Translations under genes and position numbers: made by a program
Assembly: GCA_019358915.1 (NCBI GenBank)
Contig: JAHHIM010000039.1
Location: 1-42,450, forward strand
Direction of reading: 5' to 3'
Length of the DNA stretch: 42,450 nt
DNA from: Trichormus sp. ATA11-4-KO1
GTDB lineage: Bacteria; Cyanobacteriota; Cyanobacteriia; Cyanobacteriales; Nostocaceae
Shown here: in pieces, positions 18,562 to 28,402 of the stretch
Position numbering within the stretch: the first letter of the stretch is position 1
How the letters are laid out: each line of letters opens with the position of its first letter
The notes under the pieces: model-generated
Database searches by the model: none
Seen by the model: the letters and a program-made list of their open reading frames with translations, nothing else
What the model was told of the DNA's origin: nothing

Positions 18562-19764
18562 TTACTCATCACCCAGTAATGCTTCTAGCTTGTTTAAAAG
18601 GTTTACTAGCTGCTTTTGTTTGCGAGGTTCTTTCCATAGCTGACGCTTTTTAATGCGTTGGGTGATAACCTTGAGCCGTTCTGGTATTTGGTTAGGTGTT
18701 TTAGATGAGGGAGATGGTTCATCAGGAGTGTTGGCGATGATTTGTTCTTTGATTTGGCTTAAAGACCAATCCGACGCTATTGCCCTTGACAATAGTTCTT
18801 GTCGCAGTTCTTCATCTTTTACTCGTGCCAATGCTTGGGCTTTGGTGTATTCCAGTTTGCCTTCCCGCAGTGCCATTAAAATTTCTGACGGCAGATTGAG
18901 CAACGGTAAACGCTTGGTGGTGAACGATAGCCAATTCATTAGCCCCAAGCTCTCAAATACCTGTTGTACCGTTTGAAATTGCTCCAACTCCACTTTAGGA
19001 GAAACGTTTCTCCTAGATTTTTTTTCATCATCTCCTTTAGCAGAAATGTTGCTCCCAGAGTCCATCTCCTCATCCGATTTAGAAGAAACATTTTCTCCAG
19101 ATTCCGCCTCCAAATCTCTTTTAGGAGAAACGTGGTTCCTAGATTCTGTTGACTCGTCTAAATCCTCAGAAATGTTATCCCCAGTTTCCGTTTCTTCTGA
19201 GTTAGGAGAAACGTTTCTCCTAGATTCATTTAATGAGTCTTTTGACTGCTGTTCTTCTTTGCTGTGAGTGTTCTTCATCCGGTACAGCAGGGATTTGACC
19301 GATTCCACATCACAATGTAGCCGGATGGACAACAGGTGCAAAATCCCTTCTGTTTCTTCAACTGGGTTCAGGTCTTCTCGTTGCAGGTTCTCAATTAAAG
19401 CCAACTGAAACGCTTGGTCATCTGATAGCTCACGCACGACCACAGGCGCGACTTCAAGTTTTGCTTCTTGCCCTGCCCTTAAACGTCTTTCTCCTGCTAC
19501 TAATTCGTATTTTCCTCCACCTAGTGGACGCACCAACAAAGGTTGGAGGATGCCATGCTGTTTAACTGACTCAACTAATTCCTTTAATGCTTGTGGGTCA
19601 AAGTATCGCCTGGGTTGCTGCTCTGGCAGATGAATATCTTTGAGTTTGATAGTAGTTTCAGTAGCACCTGCTGTATTGACATCGGGTGAGTCTAACCAAG
19701 GGGCTGGGGGTGGAGTGGTAATTTGACCCCCAAAGGGTTTATCAGTTTGCTTGCGTCTAATCAC
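18562..19764 (-). CDS. parB: ParB/Spo0J partition protein with a low-complexity repeat insertion
   Basis: QPRRYFD, GILQPLLVR, VAGERRLRA (CTP-binding box), ENLQREDL. Confidence 0.93.
   Translation of the reverse strand: MIRRKQTDKPFGGQITTPPPAPWLDSPDVNTAGATETTIKLKDIHLPEQQPRRYFDPQALKELVESVKQHGILQPLLVRPLGGGKYELVAGERRLRAGQEAKLEVAPVVVRELSDDQAFQLALIENLQREDLNPVEETEGILHLLSIRLHCDVESVKSLLYRMKNTHSKEEQQSKDSLNESRRNVSPNSEETETGDNISEDLDESTESRNHVSPKRDLEAESGENVSSKSDEEMDSGSNISAKGDDEKKSRRNVSPKVELEQFQTVQQVFESLGLMNWLSFTTKRLPLLNLPSEILMALREGKLEYTKAQALARVKDEELRQELLSRAIASDWSLSQIKEQIIANTPDEPSPSSKTPNQIPERLKVITQRIKKRQLWKEPRKQKQLVNLLNKLEALLGDE
18996..19222. repeat. Six 20-bp palindromes at 42-bp period inside parB; candidate parS centromere
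   Basis: Perfect TAGGAGAAACGTTTCTCCTA at 18996 and 19203; degenerate copies at 19038, 19080, 19122 and 19164. Confidence 0.8.
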
Positions 19765-20531
19765 AAAGCCTCCAAAGCCAAGGCGATTTCTTCAAGGATA
19801 GCGACGGCAGAATGTTTGGGGTCAAACACTGCCAGGGGCGCACGTTCTTCTGTGGCATCGACAAAAGCCGTGGCTCTGGGAATAGGTGGAAATATCCTAC
19901 CCCAAGCTAAAAGTTGTTCATTAATAGCTGCTAATGCGCGTTTATCGGCTGAGTTTTGTTGAGCATACCGCGTGGGAATAAACCCGGCTATTTGAATTTT
20001 GCGGTTGGCTTTATTTTTTACGTGGGTGATAGTTTGTAAGAGTTCGTCTGTTCCCTCAAAGGCTTTGAGATGGGTTTCAATGGGGACGAGGACGTGTGTA
20101 GCAGCAACTAGGGAGACATAAGAAAGTAATCCTAAGCTGGGGGGACAATCTATAAGGATGAAATCGTATTCCCCTAAAACTGGTTCTATGGCTTCCTTGA
20201 GGCGCAAGTCACGCATGGCAGCGCTGACTAACTGCATTTCGGCTCCACTCAGGACTCGGCTTGCTGGAACCAAGTCCATACCGTGAATGCCTTCATGGAT
20301 TGGTAAGGGTTGCTCATCGATAATGGCATCGGCAATGGTTTTTTGTAACTGAGATGGCACTAACCCCATGAATTTGGTTAAGGATGCTTGGGGGTCGATG
20401 TCGATGAGAAGAACGCGGTGTTCTCGTTGTGCGAGGTGGTATCCCAAGTTCTGGGTCAGTGTTGATTTGGCGACACCACCCGCCTGATTAAACAGGGCAA
20501 TAATGCGGCATGGTTGGTCAGAAGTTGACAC
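19761..20531 (-). CDS. parA: ParA/Soj partition ATPase
   Basis: NQAGGVAKST, LIDIDPQ, LIDCPPSLG; 4-bp overlap with parB. Confidence 0.93.
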   Translation of the reverse strand: MSTSDQPCRIIALFNQAGGVAKSTLTQNLGYHLAQREHRVLLIDIDPQASLTKFMGLVPSQLQKTIADAIIDEQPLPIHEGIHGMDLVPASRVLSGAEMQLVSAAMRDLRLKEAIEPVLGEYDFILIDCPPSLGLLSYVSLVAATHVLVPIETHLKAFEGTDELLQTITHVKNKANRKIQIAGFIPTRYAQQNSADKRALAAINEQLLAWGRIFPPIPRATAFVDATEERAPLAVFDPKHSAVAILEEIALALEAL

Positions 20532-20785
20532 TGGCAGGAGTTCCTAGAAAATACGTTGAGGTTTGGTCAACAGGCTCGGTTTTAGTTTTCAGTTTATTGA
20601 AGTGTATCAGAAGAAGAGAAGTTCTAGCTAAGACGGTAATTGCAGCAGTAGATTTTATAAAACTTGGCGATGTGGTCTGAACCCCCTTGTTTTTACCTCA
20701 TTTCCAAAAGTTTGTGATTTACTGATAATGAACGCAAACGATAATTTAAACTGGTTGAGATTTATTTCTAAAAGTTCAGGGTAAG

Positions 20786-22369
20786 ATGGCAGAAAAAGCA
20801 GCAAAGCAGAATAACTCAGAGTCATTTGAGCAGAAATTATGGAAAGCGGCCGATAAGCTGCGAAAAAATATTGATGCTGCTGAGTACAAGCACATTGTTT
20901 TAGGTTTAATTTTTCTGAAATATATTTCTGATGCGTTTGAGGAATTGCATCAAAAGCTGCTTGCGGGAGAAGGGGATTACGCAGGGGCAAATCCAGAGGA
21001 TCGGGATGAGTATTCAGCAGAGAATGTGTTTTTTGTGCCAGTTGAGGCGCGGTGGGCATATCTTCAAGGGCAGGCGAAGCAACCCGACATTGGTAAAACT
21101 GTTGATTTGGCTATGGAAGCAATCGAGCAGGAAAACGCCAAACGGTTAAAAGGGATTTTACCCAAGGTGTATGGACAACAGAAATTAGACCAGAAATCTT
21201 TGGGTGGATTAATTGACTTGATTGGATCAATTACGTTAGGGGATGCTGAGGCACAGGCACAGGATATTTTAGGGCGAGTCTATGAATATTTTTTGGGACA
21301 ATTTGCTCTAGCTGAAGGCAAGAAAGGCGGACAGTTCTATACACCTGAAAGCATTGTGAAACTTTTAGTTGAGATGTTAGAACCCTACAATGGGCGTGTA
21401 TTTGACCCTTGCTGTGGTTCGGGGGGGATGTTTGTCCAGAGTGAGAAGTTTGTCAAAAATCACCAAGGGCGTTTGGATGATATCTCAATTTATGGGCAGG
21501 AGAGCAACGAGACAACCTATAAATTGTGCCGGATGAATTTGGCGATTAGGGGGATTGACGGCTCAAATATTAAGTGGAATCCTGAAGGTTCGTTTCTCAA
21601 TGATGCTCACAAGGACTTAAAAGCGGATTTTGTCATTGCTAATCCTCCTTTTAATGATAGTGATTGGGGCGGCGAGTTATTGCGAAATGATGGACGGTGG
21701 CTGGATAAAGACCTTGTACCTCCAGTTGGGAATGCCAATTTTGCTTGGGTATCGCATTTCATTTACCACTTAGCACCGACAGGTTCGGCGGGTTTTGTGT
21801 TGTCGAATGGTTCGCTGTCGTCAAATACAAGCGGTGAGGGAGATATTCGCAAGGCTTTAGTGCAGAAAGATTTGGTGGATTGTATTGTCATGTTACCAAC
21901 CCAGCTTTTTTACAATACGGGTATTCCTGCTTGTTTGTGGTTTCTTAGTCGGTATAAAAACGGGAATAAAAACAGGGAGAGACATGGTGAGGTATTGTTT
22001 ATTGATGCCTCAGAGTTGGGTTATATGGTAAATCGCAGTAGTAGGGCTTTCACGGAAGCTGAGATTAGCAAGATTGCTGATACTTACCATGAGTGGAAAA
22101 AGTCGGGGGGGAGTTACCGCGATATTAAGGGCTTTTGTAAGTCTGCATCAATCGCTGAAATTGAGAAGCATAATTTTGTGTTGACACCAGGGCGATATGT
22201 GGGTATTCCTGATGAAGTGGAGGATGGGGTGAGCTTTGAGGAGAAAATGAGTGAGCTTACAATGGCATTAGGTGAGCAAATGCGAGAGGGGCAATTGTTG
22301 GATGAGGAAATTAAAAAGCAATTGTTAAAGGTGGGATTTATTGTTAGTGATGAGTTAGTTGATTTTTAA
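20786..22369 (+). CDS. hsdM: Type I R-M methyltransferase subunit
   Basis: LWKAADKLR, GQFYTP, DPCCGSGGMF, ANPPFN (N6-adenine MTase). Confidence 0.96.
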   Translation: MAEKAAKQNNSESFEQKLWKAADKLRKNIDAAEYKHIVLGLIFLKYISDAFEELHQKLLAGEGDYAGANPEDRDEYSAENVFFVPVEARWAYLQGQAKQPDIGKTVDLAMEAIEQENAKRLKGILPKVYGQQKLDQKSLGGLIDLIGSITLGDAEAQAQDILGRVYEYFLGQFALAEGKKGGQFYTPESIVKLLVEMLEPYNGRVFDPCCGSGGMFVQSEKFVKNHQGRLDDISIYGQESNETTYKLCRMNLAIRGIDGSNIKWNPEGSFLNDAHKDLKADFVIANPPFNDSDWGGELLRNDGRWLDKDLVPPVGNANFAWVSHFIYHLAPTGSAGFVLSNGSLSSNTSGEGDIRKALVQKDLVDCIVMLPTQLFYNTGIPACLWFLSRYKNGNKNRERHGEVLFIDASELGYMVNRSSRAFTEAEISKIADTYHEWKKSGGSYRDIKGFCKSASIAEIEKHNFVLTPGRYVGIPDEVEDGVSFEEKMSELTMALGEQMREGQLLDEEIKKQLLKVGFIVSDELVDF

Positions 22370-22379
22370 GGAGATGAAT

Positions 22380-22649
22380 ATGACTCAAGTTATTTTGAAA
22401 CAGCTTAATCCCATTGTTATAGAAAAACTAAAACGTCTGGCTCAGAGTCATCAACGGACTTTGGAAGAAGAAATCACATCTATTCTTGAGGATGTAGCAG
22501 AAAAAGAGGAAGAACCAACAAGGTCTGAGGGTTTTTGGGATATGACTTTACAATTTAGAGAAAGGATGCAGCAGGAGAATATTACTTTTGATGATGCAGA
22601 TTTTGCGGATCTTCGTGATCGCTCTGTCGGTAGGGATGTTGAATTTTGA
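22380..22649 (+). CDS. FitA/VapB-like RHH antitoxin
   Basis: LKRLAQSHQRTLEEEITSIL; AAGGAG RBS before ATG 22380; overlaps the PIN gene. Confidence 0.8.
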   Translation: MTQVILKQLNPIVIEKLKRLAQSHQRTLEEEITSILEDVAEKEEEPTRSEGFWDMTLQFRERMQQENITFDDADFADLRDRSVGRDVEF

Positions 22650-23077
22650 GTATAAAGTATTTATTAGACACAAATATTATTTCAGAAGCCACTCGTCAAA
22701 GTCCTAATGTTAATGTAGTCAAAAAATTGACTGAGCATCAACTAGAGACTGCGACTGGTTCGGTTGTAATGCACGAACTTTTATTTGGTTGTTTACGTTT
22801 GGTGGAATCACAAAAACGTCGATTTTTGCTGGAATATATTAATCAAATACCTTTAAAAATGACAATACTAAATTATGATTTAAAAGCTGCACAGTGGCAC
22901 GCCCAAGAAAGGGCTAGATTATCTAAGATGGGCAAAACTCCAGCTTTTATTGATGGTCAAATTGCGAGTATTGCTTACAGTAATAATTTAATTTTGGTAA
23001 CTAATAATGTTTCTGATTTTGAGTTTTTTAATGATTTAACGGTTGAGAATTGGTTTGTTAATAGTGGTGAAAGCTGA
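22646..23077 (+). CDS. vapC: VapC PIN-domain toxin
   Basis: YLLDTNIISE, E, DGQIASIA, LVTNN.DF. Confidence 0.92.
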   Translation: MSIKYLLDTNIISEATRQSPNVNVVKKLTEHQLETATGSVVMHELLFGCLRLVESQKRRFLLEYINQIPLKMTILNYDLKAAQWHAQERARLSKMGKTPAFIDGQIASIAYSNNLILVTNNVSDFEFFNDLTVENWFVNSGES

Positions 23078-23080
23078 GTT

Positions 23081-24313
23081 ATGAGTGAGTGGAAAGAATA
23101 CTGTCTAAAAGAAATAACATCAAAAATTGGTAGTGGTGCAACTCCAAAAGGTGGGAAAGAGTCATATTATCAAGACGGAATTTCATTAATTAGAAGTCAA
23201 AATATCTTAGACTTTGAATTTTCTGTTAACGGGTTAGCTTTTATTGATGAAGAACAAGCAGACCAATTAAAAAATGTTGTAGTAAAAGAAAATGACATAC
23301 TGCTAAATATAACAGGTGATTCTGTTGCAAGGGTTTGTAAAGTACCAGATAAAATTTTACCTGCACGAGTTAATCAACACGTATCTATTATCAGAATTAA
23401 GGAAGATATAGCTGATTCTAATTTTATTTTTTATTATTTGCTGAACCCTATATTTAAAAAGAAATTATTACAAATAGCTTCTGATGGAGCTACAAGAAAT
23501 GCTCTTACAAAGAGTCATATAGAAAATTTACGTCTTAGAATACCGTCACTTTATGAACAAAAAGAAATATCTGATGTTTTATCTTGTCTGGATGCCAAAA
23601 TCGAAAATCTGAGGCGGCAGAATGAGACTTTAGAGGCGATCGCACAAACTCTATTTAAGCATTGGTTTATAGATTTCGAGTTCCCCAACGCAGACGGTAA
23701 GCCCTATAAATCATCTGGTGGTGCGATGATTCCCTCAGAGTTAGGTGAGATTCCCGAAGGTTGGCGCGTGGGGAAGTTGGGCGATGAATTTGAAATTATT
23801 ATGGGGCAATCTCCAGCAGGTTCTAGCTTTAACGAAGATAAACAAGGAATGGTTTTCTTTCAAGGTCGAACAGATTTTGGTTTTCGTTTCCCTACTGTCA
23901 GACTTTATACAACAGAACCTACAAGAATTGCTGAAAAATTTGATGTTTTAGTTAGTGTTCGTGCGCCTGTTGGTGACATCAATGTTGCTTGTGAAAAATG
24001 TTGCATCGGTCGAGGGTTAGCAGCTATTAAAAGTAAATATAAATCTTATTGTTTGCATAAGCTCAAATCTTATAGGAAGTTTTTTGATGTTTTTGAAAGC
24101 GAAGGAACAGTTTTTGGTTCAATAAATAAACAAAGTTTTAATAATCTTGTAAGCGTTGTTCCAATTAATAAAAATATTAAAGACTTTGAAAATATTGTCA
24201 AAACTATCGATGAAAAATTGTATCTCAATGATTTACAAATCCAAACCCTAACTAAAACACGTGATGCTTTATTACCTAAACTAATGAGTGGTCAACTTCG
24301 CGTCAAGGAATAA
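23081..24313 (+). CDS. hsdS: Type I R-M specificity subunit
   Basis: Two TRDs, conserved PSLYEQKEI...LFKHWF spacer and RDALLPKLMSG end. Confidence 0.95.
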   Translation: MSEWKEYCLKEITSKIGSGATPKGGKESYYQDGISLIRSQNILDFEFSVNGLAFIDEEQADQLKNVVVKENDILLNITGDSVARVCKVPDKILPARVNQHVSIIRIKEDIADSNFIFYYLLNPIFKKKLLQIASDGATRNALTKSHIENLRLRIPSLYEQKEISDVLSCLDAKIENLRRQNETLEAIAQTLFKHWFIDFEFPNADGKPYKSSGGAMIPSELGEIPEGWRVGKLGDEFEIIMGQSPAGSSFNEDKQGMVFFQGRTDFGFRFPTVRLYTTEPTRIAEKFDVLVSVRAPVGDINVACEKCCIGRGLAAIKSKYKSYCLHKLKSYRKFFDVFESEGTVFGSINKQSFNNLVSVVPINKNIKDFENIVKTIDEKLYLNDLQIQTLTKTRDALLPKLMSGQLRVKE

Positions 24314-24326
24314 CCTATAAAATCTT

Positions 24327-24566
24327 TCACTTTCCATAGAACATAGCGTTAATCTCCTCTGACTCATCATCAAAATCATCAGCAATCCAAACGCGCCCTT
24401 CCCAAGCCCCTGGAGTACGCGGCTCAAGTTCCGCCTCATAGCGTACCAAACGCACCAACGGTTTACCCTCTCGACTAATGACCACATCTTTACCCTCTAA
24501 CACTGACTCTATTAATTCCAGAAGATATGCCTTTGCCTCTTGAACCGTTGCATTCTTCATAGACAA
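24327..24566 (-). CDS. Orphan Phd/YefM-family antitoxin
   Basis: TVQEAKAYLLELIE..G.DVVISREGKPLVRL; no adjacent cognate toxin. Confidence 0.85.
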   Translation of the reverse strand: MSMKNATVQEAKAYLLELIESVLEGKDVVISREGKPLVRLVRYEAELEPRTPGAWEGRVWIADDFDDESEEINAMFYGK

Positions 24567-24637
24567 AAAAATTTTATCGATTAAAATCTAATTATCAAAT
24601 AAAAATTCATGTATCATTTCATACTCCTTTAATCTAA

Positions 24638-27600
24638 ATGACCGCCCTCACCGAAGACGAAATCGAACAATACCAACTCCAACTCTTGCAAAACCTTGGT
24701 TATAGCTACAGCAACGGCTACGACATCCAACCAGAAGGCAGAAATCAAGAGCGAGAAACTTTCGGTGAAGTAATTTTAAAAGATAGACTCCCACAGGCAA
24801 TATCAAGAATTAATCCCACCATTCCCCATGATGCCCAATATCAGGCACAACGGGAAATATTTAATATTGCTAGTTCCGACCTACTCAACAACAACGAAAT
24901 ATTTCATAAATACCTCACAGAAGGTATCACCGTTGAATATCAAAAAAACGGCGAAACCAGAGGCGAACCTGTTAAATTAATTGACTGGGAACACCCCGAA
25001 AATAACGAATTTCTCGCCGTCAACCAATTTACAGTCATTGAAGACAACCATAACCACCGCCCCGATATTGTCCTGTTCATTAACGGCTTACCCCTCGTCG
25101 TCATCGAACTAAAAAACGCCGCCCATGAAAAAGCCAATCTTAACGCCGCCTATAACCAACTCCAAACCTATAAACGCAGAATCCCTAGCCTATTTACCTA
25201 CAATGCCCTATTAGTAATTTCAGATGGACTATCCGCCCGTGCTGGTTCACTAACGGCTGGGTTTAACCGCTTCTCCACATGGAAAAAGCCCACAGGCGAA
25301 AACCAAATCAACGAACTAGACATTTTAACTAACGGGCTACTCAACAAGCAAACTTTACTAGATTTAATTCGTCACTTTACCGTATTTGAAAAGTCCAAAA
25401 CCGAAGACCTGAAAACAGGTATAGTTAGCATTACCACCATTAAAAAAATCGCTGCCTATCATCAATATTACGCCGTTAATAAAGCCGTTGAATCTATCAT
25501 TAATGCCTCATCCCAAGAAGGCGCACGCAAAGGCGGTGTACTTTGGCATACCCAAGGAAGCGGTAAATCCCTTTCAATGGTATTTCTGGCAGGGAAACTG
25601 GTTTTAAACGAAAACCTCCAGAACCCCACCATCGTCATGTTGACAGATCGCAATGACTTAGACGATCAACTATTTGATACTTTCGCAGGTTGTCAGCAAC
25701 TCCTCAGACAAGACCCCCAACAAGCAGGAGATAGAGAACAAGTCCGCCAACTACTCAACACCAACTCAGGCGGCATCATTTTTACCACCGTCCAGAAATT
25801 TTCCCCGGCTGATGGCGAAACCCTCTATCCCCAAATCAGCCCTCGCCCTAATATCATTGTCCTGGCTGATGAAGCCCACCGCAGCCAATACGGTTTCACA
25901 GCTAAACAAGTTAACGTCCTTGATGCCGAAGGCAACGTGATTGGTAAACGCACCAAATACGGCTTTGCAAAATATATTAGACAAGCCTTACCCAATGCTA
26001 CCTTTGTGGGCTTCACAGGTACACCCGTAGAACAAACGGACAAAAACACCCCCGCCATTTTTGGTGAATATATCGACATCTACGACATCTCCCAAGCCGT
26101 CAAAGATGGGGCAACCGTGCCGATTTATTACGAAAGCCGCTTAGTACAAGTTGATTTAGACGCAGCAGGTAGACAACTCCTAGATGAACTAGACGAAGAC
26201 CTGAGCTTTGAAGACCTCAGCACCACCCAAAAAGCCAAAGCTAAACAAACCAAACTTGAGGCGATTGTCGGTTCTACTAAAAGAATAAAACAGATTGCCC
26301 AAGATATTGTCACCCACTTCGAGGCACGGCAACAGGTAAACAAAGGCAAAGCCATGATTGTCACCATGAGCCGCCAAATCGCCGTTAATCTCTACGATGC
26401 TATAATTCAACTCCGCCCCGATTGGCACAGTGAGGATCTTAACTTAGGGAAAATCAAAGTCGTAATTACTACCTCTGCCGCCGATGAAGGTAATTTAGTT
26501 AAACATCACACCAGTAAAGCCCAACGTCAAAACCTCGCCCAACGCCTCAAAGACCCCGAAAACTCCCTAGAGTTAGCCATAGTCTGCGATATGTGGCTCA
26601 CAGGCTTTGATGCCCCTTGTTTGCACACCATGTATATTGATAAACCGCTTAAAAGTCATAATTTGATGCAAGCGATCGCCAGAATTAACCGCGTCTATTT
26701 TGAAAAAACAGGCGGTTTGATTGTGGACTATCTGGGACTAGCCACCGAACTCAAAAAAGCCCTATCCTTCTATTCTCAAAGTGGCGGTAAAGGCGACCTC
26801 ACCCTCAATCAAGATGTGGCTGTGGGAATACTCCTAGCCAAATTGGAAATCGTCGAGCAAATCATGTCAGGCTTTACCTATCAGCATTATTTTGAGGCTG
26901 ACACTGGCGAAAAATTGAATATCCTCAAAAATGCCACTAACTACGTAGCTGCACCAAACATCAAAGATAGATTTCTCAGTGAAGTTATCGCTCTATCCAA
27001 AGCCCATTCCCTCGCCGTACCCCACCCCGACGCGATCGCCGCATCAGAAACCATCTCATTTTTCCAAGCCATCCAAGCCAGCCTCAGAAAACTAGAAGGA
27101 AGTGGTGATGGTGGTGGACTCAGCAACCAAGACATCGAAACCGCCATCCGTCAAGTTGTAGATCAAGCTTTGGTATCCGATGCAGTGATTAACATCTTTG
27201 ATGAAGCTGGCATTAAAAACCCTGACATCTCTATCATCTCCGATGAATTTATGGCAGAAGTGCGGGGCATGGAACACCAAAACCTCGCGGTGGAACTGCT
27301 GCAAAAACTACTTAAGGATGAAGTGAAAACTCGCAGTCGGACAAATATTGTCCAAAGTCGTAAACTCTCAGAAATGTTAGAAGATGCCCTACGCCGCTAT
27401 CGCAACCAAGTCATCAGCGTTACGGATATTTTAGAAGAACTGCTGGAACTAGCAAAAGACACCAAAGCTGCCAACGCCAGGGGTGAAGAACTGGGACTAG
27501 AACCCTATGAACTGGCCTTTTATGATGCACTGTCACAAAACCAAAGCGCACAGGATGTAATGGGTGTTGATAAACTGCGAGAATTAGCGATCGTACTAGT

Positions 27601-27790
27601 AGACCGCATTCGCAAAAATGCTTCTATTGACTGGAATCTTAAAGAAAGTGTCCGTTCCCGAATGAAAGTGGCAGTTAAAAGGCTACTGCGTCAATATGGT
27701 TATCCCCCCGATATGGAGGCACTAGCTACGGAACTGGTCTTAGAACAAGCAAAAGTTTTTACTGAATTTGCAGTCTCAATCAAGACATAA
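24638..27790 (+). CDS. hsdR: Type I R-M restriction subunit
   Basis: RPDIVLFINGLPLVVIELK nuclease, HTQGSGKS, DEAHRSQY, LTGFD, QAIARINR. Confidence 0.96.
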   Translation: MTALTEDEIEQYQLQLLQNLGYSYSNGYDIQPEGRNQERETFGEVILKDRLPQAISRINPTIPHDAQYQAQREIFNIASSDLLNNNEIFHKYLTEGITVEYQKNGETRGEPVKLIDWEHPENNEFLAVNQFTVIEDNHNHRPDIVLFINGLPLVVIELKNAAHEKANLNAAYNQLQTYKRRIPSLFTYNALLVISDGLSARAGSLTAGFNRFSTWKKPTGENQINELDILTNGLLNKQTLLDLIRHFTVFEKSKTEDLKTGIVSITTIKKIAAYHQYYAVNKAVESIINASSQEGARKGGVLWHTQGSGKSLSMVFLAGKLVLNENLQNPTIVMLTDRNDLDDQLFDTFAGCQQLLRQDPQQAGDREQVRQLLNTNSGGIIFTTVQKFSPADGETLYPQISPRPNIIVLADEAHRSQYGFTAKQVNVLDAEGNVIGKRTKYGFAKYIRQALPNATFVGFTGTPVEQTDKNTPAIFGEYIDIYDISQAVKDGATVPIYYESRLVQVDLDAAGRQLLDELDEDLSFEDLSTTQKAKAKQTKLEAIVGSTKRIKQIAQDIVTHFEARQQVNKGKAMIVTMSRQIAVNLYDAIIQLRPDWHSEDLNLGKIKVVITTSAADEGNLVKHHTSKAQRQNLAQRLKDPENSLELAIVCDMWLTGFDAPCLHTMYIDKPLKSHNLMQAIARINRVYFEKTGGLIVDYLGLATELKKALSFYSQSGGKGDLTLNQDVAVGILLAKLEIVEQIMSGFTYQHYFEADTGEKLNILKNATNYVAAPNIKDRFLSEVIALSKAHSLAVPHPDAIAASETISFFQAIQASLRKLEGSGDGGGLSNQDIETAIRQVVDQALVSDAVINIFDEAGIKNPDISIISDEFMAEVRGMEHQNLAVELLQKLLKDEVKTRSRTNIVQSRKLSEMLEDALRRYRNQVISVTDILEELLELAKDTKAANARGEELGLEPYELAFYDALSQNQSAQDVMGVDKLRELAIVLVDRIRKNASIDWNLKESVRSRMKVAVKRLLRQYGYPPDMEALATELVLEQAKVFTEFAVSIKT

Positions 27791-27851
27791 AAGGATTTGG
27801 TTTAGTGCGAGCGATACAGGTTTCAAGATACCGTTGGAGAATTCATTGGAG

Positions 27852-27896
27852 GTGATGTTATGAGAAACTGCCAACGAAAGTTTCTCATAACATCAC
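27852..27896. terminator. Perfect 18-bp inverted repeat after hsdR (likely bidirectional terminator)
   Basis: GTGATGTTATGAGAAACT-9 nt-AGTTTCTCATAACATCAC between convergent ORFs. Confidence 0.6.
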
Positions 27897-27979
27897 AAGG
27901 TTTTACAGCGTTTAGAAATATTTCACCAAGGGTATGATTATCTTGGCAGATCCCCAAACTCTAGTGGCAAACTTTGCCA

Positions 27980-28207
27980 CTAGAGTAGACCTAGCTCCTG
28001 TAAAATTTTAAGTAAAGATATTATAAATGAGATGACAGAAGCAGCATCCCTCATAGTTCTAAACAACTTCCACCCATCTTTTGATGGAGGTCTTTCCTCT
28101 GCATTCGTATTGGGTTTCCTAAACTTAGTTGCTTCCACAGTTTTTACAATAGAAGAAGAAAAGGTTACACTTTGGGGTGCTGGAGCAGTGTCCACATTAA
28201 TTTTCAT
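27980..28207 (-). CDS. Small hypothetical protein with a hydrophobic C-terminus
   Basis: 75-aa ATG ORF with AGGAAG upstream; its stop overlaps the palindrome CTAGTGGCAAA-C-TTTGCCACTAG (27961-27983). Confidence 0.45.
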   Translation of the reverse strand: MKINVDTAPAPQSVTFSSSIVKTVEATKFRKPNTNAEERPPSKDGWKLFRTMRDAASVISFIISLLKILQELGLL

Positions 28208-28402
28208 AATCTGTCTTCCTTATGAACGAATTTGATGATTTTGGGATGTGCTATCCCTAAAGACAATTTACAAATAGTAAGTTGCCTTTTAAATTCATGT
28301 CTCCATTGTGCTTAACGCTCAAAAGCTAGTCATTACGATAAGTTCCGAAAAAGTAAGATAAAAAGTAAGGTAAAAATTAAGCAGTTCTAATTTTGTTGAA
28401 AA

